This document shows positions 23,336-35,560 of a DNA stretch of 64,000 nt, piece after piece (positions within the stretch are counted from its first letter, which is position 1; each line of letters begins with the position of its first letter). The position numbers and the translations under genes were made by a program. The DNA comes from Squalus acanthias (lineage: Eukaryota). The notes beneath the pieces are model-generated. The model was not told the origin of the DNA and did not search any database. It saw only the letters and a list, made by a program, of their open reading frames with translations. Location: positions 91,142,001 to 91,206,000 of the forward strand of contig CM059432.1 in assembly GCA_030390025.1 (NCBI GenBank). The letters are read 5' to 3'.

Positions 23336-26203
23336 TCAGTATCCCGTCCCCGCCTTCTCTCCGTAACCCTTAACCCCTTTTGCCTGTAGAAATACATCTA
23401 ATTCCCTCTTAAATATATTTAATGAGCTGGCGTACACTGCCCTCTGTGGCAATGAGTTCCACAGGTTCACCACCCTCTGAGTGAAGAAATTCCCCCTCAT
23501 TTCTGTCCTAAATGGTTTAGCCCTTATCCTTAAATTATGTCCTCTAGTTCTGTTCTCACCCGCCAAGGGAAACATTCCTTCTGCATCTAGTCTGTCTAGA
23601 CCTGTCAGAATTTTATACACTTCTATGAGGTCCCCTCTCAATCTTCTAAACTCCAGTGTGTACATCCCTAAACTACATAGTCTCTCCTCATAGGTCAATC
23701 CCGCCATTCCTGGTATCAGCCTGGTGAATCGCCGCTGCACCCCCTCCATGGCAAGAACATCTTTCCTCAGATGAGGCGACCAAAACTGTACACAGTACTC
23801 GAGGTGTGGTCTCACCAGTGCCCTGTACAGCTGCAGCAAGGTATCCCTGTTCCTGTATTCCAACCCTTTTGCTATGAAGGCCAGCATACCGTTTGCCTTC
23901 TTGATCGCCTGTTGCACCTGCATGCTCGCCTTCAGTGACTGGTGTACAAGAACACCCAGGTCTCTCTGTACTTCCCCCTCTCCCAATTTATTGCCATTTA
24001 AATAATAATTTGCCCTCCCGTTCCTGCACCCAAGGTGGATAACTTCGCACTTGTCCACATTATAGTGCATCTGCCATTTATCCGCCCAATCACCCAGTCT
24101 GTCCAAATCGCTCTGGAGCTTCCTGGTCTCCTCCTCTGAGCCCACCCCCCCTCCTAGTTTAGTGTCATCTGCAAATTTGGAAATGCTGCATCCGACTCCC
24201 TGATCCAGGTCATTAATGTAAATTGTGAACAGCTGGGGACCCAGGACAGATCCCTGTGGTACCCCACTTGTTACTGCCTGCCATTCAGAAAATGAGCCGT
24301 TTATTCCAACTCTCTGTTTTCTATCTGACAGCCAGTTCTCTATCCACGTCAATACTTTCCCCTTTATCCCATGAGCTTCAATTTTCCCTGCTAATCTTTT
24401 ATGTGGGACCTTATCGAAGGCCTTTTGGAAGTCCAGGTACACCACATCTACTGGCTCTCCCCCATCTATTTTACCAGTTACTCCCTCAAAAAATTCCAAT
24501 AGATTAGTCAAGCACGATTTACCCTTTGTAAATCCATGTTGACTCTGTCCTATCCTGTCCCCATTTGCTAAGTGCTCCGCTATTTCATCCTTAATGATGG
24601 ACTCCAGCATTTTGCCCACAACTGATGTAAGGCTTACAGGTCTGTAATTACCTGCTTTTTCCCTACCCCCCTTTTTGAATAGTGGGGTAACGTTAGCTAC
24701 CCTCCAATCCATGGGCACTGTTCCCGAGTCTAATGAATTCTGAAAAATCATACTTAGTGCATCCGCTATCTCTAGGGCCACCTCCTTCAGTACCCTAGGA
24801 TGCATGTTATCAGGCCCTGGGGATTTGTCCGCCTTCAATCCCTTTAGCTTCCTTAACACCATATCCTTAGAGATATTGACTTGCGTCAGTTCCTCCTTTG
24901 CAAATGTCCCTATTTTTCCCGATATCCCAGGGAGGTTTTTTGTGTCTTCCTTCGTAAAGACTGACCCAAAGTATGCATTTAGTTGGTCTGCCATTTCCTT
25001 ATTTCCCGTTATATATTCCCCCGTATCTGACTGCAATGGGCCAACTTTGGTTTTCACCAGTCTTTTCCTCTTGATATACTTATAAAAGCTTTTGGAGTTA
25101 GTTTTTATATTTTCCGCCAGCTTGCTTTCATAAGCTATTTTGCCCCTCTTGATTAAGCCCTTTGTCCTCCTTTGCTCTATCTTAAACTGTTCCCAATCTT
25201 CCGCTCTGGCGCTTTTTTTGGCTATTTTATACGCCCTATCTTTGGATTTTATGCTGTCTCTAATTTCCCCTGTTATCCACGGTTGAGTCACCTTTTTAGA
25301 TTTCCTTTTATGCCAGATTGGTATAAACAATTTTTGCAATTTTGTCATTCTATCTTTAAATGCTTGCCATTGTTTATCTACCTCCAGTCCTCCCAGGAAC
25401 GTTGTCCAATCAGACCTACTCAGTTCCCGTCTAATGGCATCATAATTCCCCTTGTTTAAATTCAGGACCTTAGTATCTGAGTCAATTTCTTCGCTCTCCA
25501 TTTCGAGTGAGAAATCGATCATGTTATGATCGCTCTGACCCAAGGGTCCCCGTACAACAAGATTACTAATTAGTCCCTTCTCATTGCACAGTACCCAGTC
25601 CAATATAGCCTGTTCCCGAGTTGGTTCCTCGACATATTGATCCAGATAACCATCCCTTAAACACTCAAGGAATTCCTCCTCCTCATTATTTTTACTGATT
25701 AGGCTATTCCAATCTATATGTAAGTTAAAGTCACCTATGATGACAGCTGTGCTCTTATTGCACGCTTCTCTAATTTCCCTCGTGATGCCCTCCCCAACCT
25801 CTATTTTACTATTTGGAGGCCTATATACCACTCCTATTAATGTTTTTCGCCCCTCGCTATTTCTTAGCTCCACCCATATAGATTCTGTATTAACTGAGTT
25901 AATATCCTTCCTTTCAATTGCATTTATCCCTTCTTTTACCAGCAATGCTACCCCTCCTCCCTTTCTTTTTCGTCGATCCTTCCTAAATACTGAATACCCC
26001 TGTATGTTAAGCTCCCAGCCCTGCTCACCCTGCAACCATGTTTCCGTAATCCCAATTAGATCATAATTATTAACCTCTATTTCCACAGCTAATTCATCTA
26101 CCTTGTTCCTGATGCTTCTCGCATTAAGGTATAAAACCCTCAGGCTTTTTTTATGCTCACATTTTTTATGAATTAGTTTGGCCCTTTGTTTTTTGTTCCT
26201 CAC
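23336..26203 (-). CDS. CR1 ORF2: APE endonuclease plus reverse transcriptase, 955 aa, uninterrupted
   Basis: APE motifs YLNARS, ITETW, GDFN, SDH. RT motifs YRPVSLTS, YLDFQKAFDKV, GVPQGSVLGP, FADD. CR1 C-terminus RPHLEYCVQFWSP. Start codon uncertain (GTG). Confidence 0.96.
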   Translation of the reverse strand: MRNKKQRAKLIHKKCEHKKSLRVLYLNARSIRNKVDELAVEIEVNNYDLIGITETWLQGEQGWELNIQGYSVFRKDRRKRKGGGVALLVKEGINAIERKDINSVNTESIWVELRNSEGRKTLIGVVYRPPNSKIEVGEGITREIREACNKSTAVIIGDFNLHIDWNSLISKNNEEEEFLECLRDGYLDQYVEEPTREQAILDWVLCNEKGLISNLVVRGPLGQSDHNMIDFSLEMESEEIDSDTKVLNLNKGNYDAIRRELSRSDWTTFLGGLEVDKQWQAFKDRMTKLQKLFIPIWHKRKSKKVTQPWITGEIRDSIKSKDRAYKIAKKSARAEDWEQFKIEQRRTKGLIKRGKIAYESKLAENIKTNSKSFYKYIKRKRLVKTKVGPLQSDTGEYITGNKEMADQLNAYFGSVFTKEDTKNLPGISGKIGTFAKEELTQVNISKDMVLRKLKGLKADKSPGPDNMHPRVLKEVALEIADALSMIFQNSLDSGTVPMDWRVANVTPLFKKGGREKAGNYRPVSLTSVVGKMLESIIKDEIAEHLANGDRIGQSQHGFTKGKSCLTNLLEFFEGVTGKIDGGEPVDVVYLDFQKAFDKVPHKRLAGKIEAHGIKGKVLTWIENWLSDRKQRVGINGSFSEWQAVTSGVPQGSVLGPQLFTIYINDLDQGVGCSISKFADDTKLGGGVGSEEETRKLQSDLDRLGDWADKWQMHYNVDKCEVIHLGCRNGRANYYLNGNKLGEGEVQRDLGVLVHQSLKASMQVQQAIKKANGMLAFIAKGLEYRNRDTLLQLYRALVRPHLEYCVQFWSPHLRKDVLAMEGVQRRFTRLIPGMAGLTYEERLCSLGMYTLEFRRLRGDLIEVYKILTGLDRLDAEGMFPLAGENRTRGHNLRIRAKPFRTEMRGNFFTQRVVNLWNSLPQRAVYASSLNIFKRELDVFLQAKGVKGYGEKAGTGY

Positions 26204-26277
26204 TCTTTTACCATTTATTTCTGTCTGCCTTTCACTTTCCTCTATTTCACTACATAGGTTTCTAGCCCCCTGCCATA

Positions 26278-26696
26278 CTAGTTTAAATGCTCCCGAACTG
26301 CTTTATCAAAAATCACCCCGAGAACATCAGTTCCATCTTTGCACAGGTGTAGACCGTCCCTTTTGTATAGGTCACACCTACCACAAAACTGGTTCCAATG
26401 CCTCAAAAATTTAAAACCCTCCCTCTTACACCACTGCTCAAGCCACGTATTTAGCCTAACTATCCTGTTCTCTGTACTCTTACTAGCACGTGGCACTGGT
26501 AGTAATCCAGAGATTACTACCTTCGAGGTCCTACTTTTTAGCTTGGCTCCTAACTCCCTAAATTCTACTTGTAGGACCTCTTCCCTTTTTTTAGCTACGT
26601 CGTTGGTACCAACATGTATCACGACAACTGGCTGTTCCCCCTCCCCCTCCAGAATGTTCTGCACCCGCGCCGAGACATCCTTGACCCTTGCACCAG
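26278..26696 (-). pseudogene. CR1 ORF1 C-terminal SGNH esterase domain (5'-truncated)
   Basis: GAR..VIHVGTND..ISGLLP..YKRDGLHL motifs. Confidence 0.9.
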
Positions 26697-27433
26697 AGAG
26701 AGCAGAATTAGAGGAGCGCAGATATCTCAGGGGGTTGTGGGGCTGAAGGAGATTACAGAGATAGGAAGGGGCGAGGCCATGGACGGATTTGAAAACAAGG
26801 ATGAGAATTTTGAAATTGAGCCAATGTAGGTCAGCGAGCACAGGGATGATGGGTGAATGGGACTTGGTGCAAGTTAGGACATGGGCAGCCATGTTTTGGA
26901 TGACCTCAAGTTTATGCAGGGTAGAATGTGGGAGGCCAGCCAGGAGTGCGTTGGAATAGTCAAGTCTAGAGGTAACAAAGGCATGGATGAGGGTTTCAGC
27001 AGCAGATGAGCTGAGGCAGGGGCGGAGACGGGCGATGTTACGGAGGTGGAAATAGGCGTTCTTAGTTATAACTTTAGCGGCAGATCTGTAGAAACTTTCA
27101 AGTTATGGCGGACAATCAAGATAATCCCATGGAAATTTAACCCTAATATGTCATACAACATCGTACAGTCTACTAGGGATACCATTTCATCAAAAGTTTC
27201 AAGTCAGGCAGGATCTTCCCCTTCTGACTCCATACTGGCGGCTATTTATGTTTATTGTCATATCAATAATCCTCAGGTTTACTCACTCCTGATAATTGTT
27301 TCTATTATTTTACCCAGACTGATGAGTCCGTCAGTGCCTGGGTTTTTTTTGTCACCCATTTTGTAAATGGCACCACAATAGCTCCAGCAACCTTGAAAGG
27401 TTTTAGACACCTGCTGAAGAGGACAAACCTTAA

Positions 27434-28105
27434 GGGCTGGATTTTGATACTGGGGCGGGTTGGGGTCGTGTCATCCACTTTTCGTGTTATCCACCCGACT
27501 GCAATTGGATGTGGGAGATTGATGCGATTTTCACCTAATTGGGCAATTGAGTTCCAGCATGTGGGAACCCATGACCCAATTAGTGTTTTCAGTCTGAAAG
27601 TCGCCTCTGATGATGTCATCATTGCTGCTGCATTGAAGGTCTGCAAAGACTGCCTGGCCTTCGCTGTGAGAGGACCTGGATGCAAAATGAGCAGCAGCAG
27701 CCCTAAGTCTGCTCCCAGATATTTTTACACCACCACTCCTAGATATGTCTCCCTTGCACCACCACTCCCAGATCAGATCAGATCAGATCGCCAGCCAGCC
27801 AGCCAGCCAGCCAGATGTGCTCCCGCCAGGTTTCACATTCGTGGTTCAGAACAGGCGTGCTTCACGTAGAAAAAGGGTTAAAATCACAAAGGCCTTTCAA
27901 AATGGCATTATAGAGGCAATTTAGTGCTTGTTAAGGGCCTTAACAGCCTATCCCGCCTCTTAGAGGCGGGACGGAGTTGGGACCAGCAGACACGATTTAA
28001 TGAAAATTGCGTGGAGGCGGGCTTGTGCCCGCCAGCCAGTTTTCACAATTTTAACCCCCCACACGCCTCCAAACCCGCCTCCACGGGTCAATGAAAATCC
28101 AGCCC
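27434..28105. mobile_element. 672-bp MITE derived from Harbinger family A
   Basis: Perfect GGGCTGGATTTT TIRs and a TAA/TAA TSD. Arms match the two ends of 35034-39332. Retains the first Myb codons (MSSSSPKSAPR). Confidence 0.93.
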
Positions 28106-30050
28106 TAAGTTTTCCAATATATATTTTGTAAATATGCGGGGACTGTAAGCCTTTCTCTTACTACTCTTCGGACTTCGAGAATTATGAATAAGCGTAACAA
28201 TGACAGATAAGTATGTGATCAATAAAATTGGTCTTTATTCACACTACAGTTCAAAATTCAAGTGTACATCGCAATCAATATGCGCCCAATTTACCCGTAC
28301 ATAAAAGTACCCCCAGTAACTCATACGCTACCCCCTGGCAATTTATATCCCAAGTCAACCGTACATAAAAGTACCCTTTAACAATGTCTAAGCTCTATGT
28401 CCAACTTTTATACATACTCCTTTATCTCTGGGTGATCAGTCCAGAAAAGTTGTAAGTTGAAACATTGACTGGACAGTTTTCTTTGTTCATTTGTTCGTCT
28501 GTTCTTCCATTCTGTCTTCTTTCTTTCTTTTTTCTGAATTTCCCACTTCTGGGTTATCACTTTATAGGGCCTTTCTGCCGGCCCCACTCCTATATCACCA
28601 TCTGCCTCCCTCTGATAGGTCAGTTTCACTCCAAACCTTCCCTGATTGATGTTCCTTCCGCATGACACGTTCATGTTCCTGTGAGGTATGTGGGGGCGGG
28701 ACTTCCTTGTCACTCGTGTTTCTCCTTCCTGTCCATGTGGTCTTACAAACAAAGAACATATGCTGATTTCCTACATTTTGAATCCCTCCGTAACCATTTC
28801 ACAATTCGTTCTGAACTTCGATCTCCACACAGTAGCAGCGGTTTTATTACGGCTTTTAGAATCTTACAGGGACCAAAAAGCTCCATGAGACTAACATCCT
28901 AGCGTAAGTGCTGGGATGCATCTGCCGGTGATCTCTGCTCCTGACCCTGCCAGACTATGTGCTGTCAGGGTGAGGTCACCTGTTTACCATATGGCTGGTG
29001 GGTGCCTAACTGCCTGCACCACTAGGGGCACATCTCAGGCACCCACCAAGACGATGGGGACTGTATTGCCATGCTGAGCAGCCACTCTTGTGGCTGTTAT
29101 TCCTCCTTTCATTGGGTGTGCTGGGCATGGCTGTTGCTTCAGGTTGGGGTTGAGGAAACTCCCGGTTTGGATGTCTCCTCCCTCCGGCCATGCCCCCTCT
29201 GATGCTGGTGACCTTGTTTGGGATGAATGGAAATCCTGCTACAAACAAGGCCCCATTGAAGCTGGCAGAGATGGCCAGTGCATCGGAGTCCTGGTCTAAT
29301 TCCCTGCTCTTCTTCTGCACAACCACTGGACTTATATTGGCAGTGTGCCTGGAAGGGCTGTGGATTCTCAACCCTGATGGATCTCAAAATTTTAATTCTA
29401 AAATGTCATTTATTTGAAACTCTACTGGAAAAATTAATTTAAATAGTATGAATGAACATTTCCATACCCCTCCTTCGCTTATGGCTTCATGGCTTGTTCC
29501 AGGGTCCTAACTTTTATGTGTTATATGGAGTTATGTCTCCCTCTAGTTGCCAGATGTGTGCTTCAATTGGGTCATGGCTACTTCTGTACCAGTTTTATAA
29601 CTTCATCTCACATCCATTTTTTTTTCTTTTCCTGGAAGGAAACCACTCCAGAATTCATGCAACTGAAAACATAAAGACAGGAAGGTATGGACTGACAGCT
29701 GTCTGTATGCTTACAGTTAAAGCAGAGTTCTTTGTTTTGAGGCAGTAGCATCCTCTTCCTGTTCCATCTCCCAGCATTGTCTCTGCTCAGCCCTTAATTT
29801 AACTGTTCTGCTTAGATTTTGAATCTAATTATAATTACTGATTTCAGTTATCACTACAACTATGGGCTTTTTTTTCAGCTGTTGCTAAAATTTTTTTGCT
29901 TCCCCTGTTTCTTCACCTTTTTTTGGTCCCAATGTTTGATGTCATTCTCCATCTGGAAAGGCATGAAGTGAATCTTTCCCAGACCACTAGCAATTATACT
30001 ATTGAGCCTCCACAAATAAAAACAAGACTAGGGCCAATTGTTGACACACA

Positions 30051-31168
30051 GGGGGGATTTATAACCGCAAAAAACGGGTGGGTTGGTGTCGGGTGAGAGG
30101 TTAAAGTGTTAAAAAACTGAATCCCAACCAAAACCCATCTCCAACCCGCCCATTTCCGGTTTTAACGGAGACGGGTGGGTGGCGGGCTCCAACCCGCTCC
30201 CAGGAGGCGGGTCATCTATTTAAATATTATAATGAGGCTGGCATGCCTCAGATTTAACCAGCATTACAAATTTAACTGTGGCTGGTTGGGTTTTGTAGGC
30301 CTCGGGGAATCCGCCAGCTAAAGTAAGGCAAGGACTACTGGATCCAGGAGGCAAGTGCCTTTACACTTACCTCCTGGATCCAGCGTCCCTGCCTAACCCA
30401 CCCCCCTCCCTTTGGCGATTGGAGTTCCCCCACGAGGCCTCTGATCCCCTCCTCCAGGCCTCCGATCACCCCACGAGGCCTCTGATCGCCTTCCCGGATT
30501 TCCCCCTCACCCCCCCTGAAAATCCTCAGGCCAACCCCAATGTTCCCTCCCTCCCCCCTGATGCTCCGGCCCTGATCTTCTTTCCCTCCCCCCGATGCTT
30601 CCGAGTCCGTGCCTGATTTTCTTTCCCTCCTGATGCTCCGGAGTCCGGCCCCGATCTTCTCTCCCTCCCCCCGATGCTCCGGAGTTTGTTGTTCTTTCCC
30701 CACCCCTTGATGCTCCGGAGTCCGACCCCGATCTTCTTTCCACCCCACCCCCCCCATCCCCTAATGCTCTGGAGTCCAGCCCCAATGTTCTCTCCCTGCC
30801 CTCCTCCTGGTGCTCCGGAGTCTGGCCCCGATCTTCTCTCCCTCCTCCCCGAAGCACTGGAATCCGACCCAATGTTCTCTCTCTCCCCACCAATACTCCG
30901 GCCCCAATCCTCTCTTCCCCTTTCCTCCTCTGGCCCCCGACGACCCCCACGGCCCCACCCGATTCCTCCCTCCCTCCCTCCCTCCCCCGCTACTGCGGCC
31001 TAGTGCTGCAGGCCTACCCGCCCTCAGCCAGCCAGCCTCTCAATCTGGCTGGCTGTGGGTGGGAAACAGAGGTTTGAAATGTAAATCAGGCCCTGCTGTT
31101 ACATTCAGCAGGGCCTGCGGGAACCCGTTCTCCCAGGTTTTTAATATACTGTTAAAAAGCACGGGGCC
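30051..31168. mobile_element. Harbinger-type MITE with an internal degenerate tandem repeat
   Basis: Homologous to 57972-58789. CCCGCC/GGAGGCGGG subterminal motifs. Right end approximate. Confidence 0.7.
30561..30915. repeat. Degenerate minisatellite, about 9 units of 34-54 bp (GATGCTCCGGAGTCCGGCCCCGATCTTCTCTCCCTCCCCCC)
   Basis: Unit starts near 30561, 30595, 30633, 30674, 30710, 30764, 30810, 30852 and 30893. Confidence 0.85.
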
Positions 31169-31959
31169 CATTTTCCTATCATTAGTACCTGGGGTTGCAT
31201 ATTTCCAGGGATTAAGCACAGGAAATACAGATAAAGACTCATAATGCTGGGTCTCTGCTCCATTGACATTGACATGGGATTTCTAGGGTTTTCCTGGGAA
31301 GGGGTGAGGGTGTGGTGGACTTGCTCTGACTGCAATAGATCAGAGCAGCCATTGAAATGAGATGGAAGAGGGCATTCCCAGCTCTCCTGCCTCATTTTCC
31401 TGTTCCCTCACCACCCAAGCAGCATTTGGAGGGGCCCCATAAGAAGCAGGCCTTAAGGCCCTCCCTTCTCCAATCGAAGAGGGGAAGGCAGCAGCCCTGT
31501 AGATAAGTTGCTTTTTGGTTTTTCAGGAGTGTTGTTTTTAGACAGAATCCAGAAAGCAGCATCCGGCCTTCTTAGATCTGCAGCAGCAGCCAAATTTGCT
31601 CCCGTACTTCTAGGTGCTAGTCCCTATGATTAGGCAGACCTGCACCAGGGCTATAACTGGGCTACTCAAATGACCCAACACACCAAATGCACGGGCAGAG
31701 AGGGCCCAGGAAAATCTGACCTTAAATAGGCCATGGATCCTAATATGTGATGTTCTTGGTATATTTGTAATCAGAAATACATCAGCAATATACAGCATAA
31801 ACACGAAAATCTTTGTAGACAATTACATAGCCAACAAGTAAATTGAATCTGAATCTGACTGTGTATGTTTTAAAATAATTCACATCAAGAAGTAATGTTA
31901 GATAGATCAAGTATATAGCTGTTATAAAAAAAAAAGTAAAGCCCCGATTATAACCTCCT

Positions 31960-32644
31960 GGGCTGGATTTTGAATGCCCATGGAGTCAGGTTTGGAGGCG
32001 TGTGGGGGGTTAAAGTAGCGGGGTCGGGGGTCCCGATCCCATCCCGACTCCATCCCGCCTCCACACAATTTTGACAAAATCAGTCACGGGGTTCCCGACT
32101 CCGTCCCGCCTCCAAGAGGCGGGAGAGGCCATTAATGCCCTTAACAAGCCCTAAATTGGCTGTGTAATGCCATTTTGAAACGTTTTAGCTAGTTTAACCC
32201 TTTTCCGACGTGAAGTACGCCTGATGTGAAACACTCCAGTGAAACCTGGCGGGAGCACAAGTGGATAGCTGACTATCAGCTGCAGGTCCACTATTACAAC
32301 GGAGATGTGATGAAGGTAGTAGTAGTATTAGGTCTGAAAGTCGCCTCTGATGCTGCTGCATTGAATGTCTTCAGAGACTGCATGGCCTTTGCTGTGAGAG
32401 GACCTGGATGGAAAAATCTCTCTCTCTCTCTCTCTCTCCAGGTCCACTCACAGCAAAAGCCAGGCAGGTCCACTCACAGCTCCCACTGAAACCACTAATT
32501 GGTTCATGGGTTCCCACATGCTGGAACTCAATTGCCCAATTAAGTGAAAATTGCATCATTCATCCACATTAATCTGGAGTCGGGGGGACAACACGAAATG
32601 TGGGTAACACGACCTCAACCCGACCCCAAGACAAAATCCAGCCC
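31960..32644. mobile_element. Family A-derived MITE (opposite orientation to 27434)
   Basis: GGGCTGGATTTTG ... CAAAATCCAGCCC. Arms are homologous to 27434-28105. Confidence 0.88.
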
Positions 32645-32960
32645 AGGTGTCTGACGAAAATACTTAAATGAGCCCTGGGAGTAAAAATGGACCCGGCCTT
32701 ATGTGGCCAATGGGGTGAGCATCAGGCCCCATGCTCACCCCTCACCCCCAGGTAAAATTGGAACTTAAGGCCGCGATTTTGCGTTCGGTGTCGGGATGGG
32801 TGTGGGTCAGCTGGTTTACGGTTTCGGTCCCACCCCCAGCTGCCTCCGCTCCACAGATGTGATTTTCCCTTGATTGACCTTGTTAAGCCCGCCCTGCTTA
32901 TAATATATAGAATAATAGAAGAACTTTCTCTCAATATGCTATTTTTCAACAATCTGCTGA

Positions 32961-34270
32961 TAACAACAACAACTTGCATTTCTATAGCACCTATAATGTA
33001 GCAAAATGTCCCAAGGCGCTTAACAAGAGCGTTTTCAATAAAAACATTTTTGACACTGAGCCACAGATGGAGATATCAGGACAGATGACCAAACGCATGG
33101 TCAAATCAGTTAGTTTTAAGGAGCATCTTAAAGGAGGAGAGAGAGGTAGAGAGACGGAGAGGTTTAGGGAGGGAATTCCAGAGCTTCGGGCCAAGGCAGC
33201 TGAAAGCACGGCTGCTAATGGTGGAGCGATTAAAATCAGGAATGCGCAAGAGGCCAGTATTGGAGGAGCGCAGCGATCTCAAAGACTTGTAGGTCTGGAG
33301 GTGGTTACTGAGATGGGGAGGGGTGAGGTCATGGAGGGATTTGAAAACAAGGATGAGGATTTTAAAATTGAGGCGTTGTCAGACTGGGAGCCAGTGTAGG
33401 TCAGCGAGCACAGGGGTGATGGGTGAACAAGACTTGGTACGAGTTAAGATATGGGCAGCAGAGTTTTGGATGAGCTCAAGTTTATGTAGGGTGGAAGATG
33501 GCAGGCCGGCCAGGAGAGCATTGGAATAGTAGATGAGCTGAGGCAGGTTCGGAGCAGGTTACAGAGGTGATGGAGCTGATATTTGGTTGGAAGCTCATCT
33601 CGGGGTCAAGGATAGCTCCTTGGGAGACTCCAAAGGTAATGGTGTGGGAATGGAAAGGGAAGCCATTGCAGATGATTCTCAGGCTACGATTTGATAGATA
33701 AGAATGGAACCAGGCAAGGGCAGAGCCACTCAGCTGGACGACGGAGGAGAGGCGTTGGAGGAGGATGATGTGGTCAGTTGTGTCGAAGGCTGTAGAAAGG
33801 TCGAGAAGGATGAGGAAGGATAGTTCCCCTTTGTCACAGTCACATAGAATGTCATCTATGACTTTGATGAGAGCCGTTTCAGTATTGTGGCAGGGGTGGA
33901 AATCTGATTGGAGCGATTCAAATATGGAATTGTGGGAAAAGTGGGCACGGATTTGGGAGGTGACAACACATTCAATTACTTTGGAAAGGAAAGAGAGGTT
34001 GGAGATAGGGCGGTAGTTTGGAAGGACAGAGGGTTAAAGGGTGGATTTTTTGAGGAGAGGGGTGATAACGGCAGATTTGAAGGGGAGGGGGACAGTACCT
34101 GAGGAGAGAGAACCGTTAACATTATCAGCTATCATGGAGGCCAGGAATGGAAGTTGGATGGTAAACAGTTTGGTTGGAATAGGGTCGAGGGAGCAGGAGG
34201 TGGGTCTCATGGACAAGATGAGCTCAGGGAGAGTAAGGCAGGAGTTGGGATAAAATCTAGAGAAAGATGT
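32961..34270 (-). mobile_element. L2 LINE with internal deletions
   Basis: (AAC)n tail. RT remnant PTSCSLDPIPTKL..GTVPLPFKSAVITPLLKK. Confidence 0.85.
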
Positions 34271-35560
34271 GATAAAATGAAAAATATTTTATTACATTAA
34301 GCTACATCAGTTTTGCAATGAGTTGGGTAATGTGTCAGATGTGGTTAAACACTGGAAATATAGGTTGATCAGAACCTGAAAGAGAAAGGTTAATATTTAA
34401 GGTACAATGATCCTTTACCAGAACTGGCAGGTGCATAAACATATTTAATAGTTCTGAAATAAAACAAAAAAAAAGGTGTTGAAAGATATTTTAGCACAGG
34501 AACCACCTCTGGTGCAGCTAAATGATGTTGTGCTTAAATCAGAAGCAACCTGTGTTAGCTAAAATTGTGGGGGAAAAAATTGAAAAATAAAATTCTGCGA
34601 TATACAGATATGACTAAAAATTTACTTTACAAAACTGATGTGGAACATGTTAATTTGCACAATAATGTAACCGATACCTTCAGCTCCTATAGAAATGTAC
34701 CATTATCTGTAAAGTAGGCTTTTCATTGAGCACTCTTTACCAATTAGTAGTTTTACGACTGAAACACTAGCAATGACTTTCCCCCCCAGTGGATTCACAC
34801 CTCCCCCAAGTTCCTATTAAAATTGAACAAGTGTCCTGATTCAAACAAAACTTCTTCATTGCTTGTTTCCCCGCTGCTTGTTCCAGTCTCTTGTTCTTTA
34901 TCAATTATGAACTTTCATTTGATTGAAAAGTCTGTTTCAGCTGTGTGGATTGGTTTGTCATCGGAGGTCAGAATTTTAAACAATGGAGAAAATGCAGCTA
35001 AATTGACACCTAAAAGAATGTGACAAACACCACAGGCTGGATTTTACCAGCCCTGAGGAGGTGGGTTTGGAGGCGGGACTGGTGGGAAAATTGGAAAAAA
35101 TGACAGCGGGTTCCGATCCCGCCATCAACCCGCCTCCGCACAACTTTGCCAGAGGCGGGCTTGCAGAGTCAGTTTCGGTCGCGCCTCCAGGCGGCGGGAT
35201 AGGCCCTTAAGGCACTTAACTACCACTTAAGTACCTCTATAATCCCATTTTGAGAGGCCTTTCAAATGTTGCCACATTTCCAGCATGCTGCACGTCTCTC
35301 TTGAAACACGCCAGTTAATCCTGTCGGGTTGACAAGTGGCTGGCTTCCTAACAGCTGCAGCTCCACCATAAAAACGGAGCTCTCACCAAGGATCAGTTGC
35401 AGGTGGCAGAACTTTGTTTTTTCAGGTCTTGGAAAACTTTTTGCAGGTCTACTGATCTTGGAAGTGGTGAAGCTGAGATCCATCTCCACTGTGACCTCCT
35501 GGGAAAACCCTCTCCCCACATTGACTCAGCGCTTCCTCAACGGAGATATCTAGCAGCTGC

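Larger units (their letters stand above)
23233..26696 (-). mobile_element. Young 5'-truncated CR1 LINE
   Basis: Partial ORF1 plus intact ORF2, short 3' UTR and an 8-bp tandem tail (GATACATA)3 at 23233-23256 as read on +. Confidence 0.96.
22947..27060 (-). mobile_element. L2 LINE 3' fragment split by a CR1 (22947-23235 and 26697-27060)
   Basis: (AAC)n tail. Both halves are colinear with 49530-50183. Confidence 0.88.
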
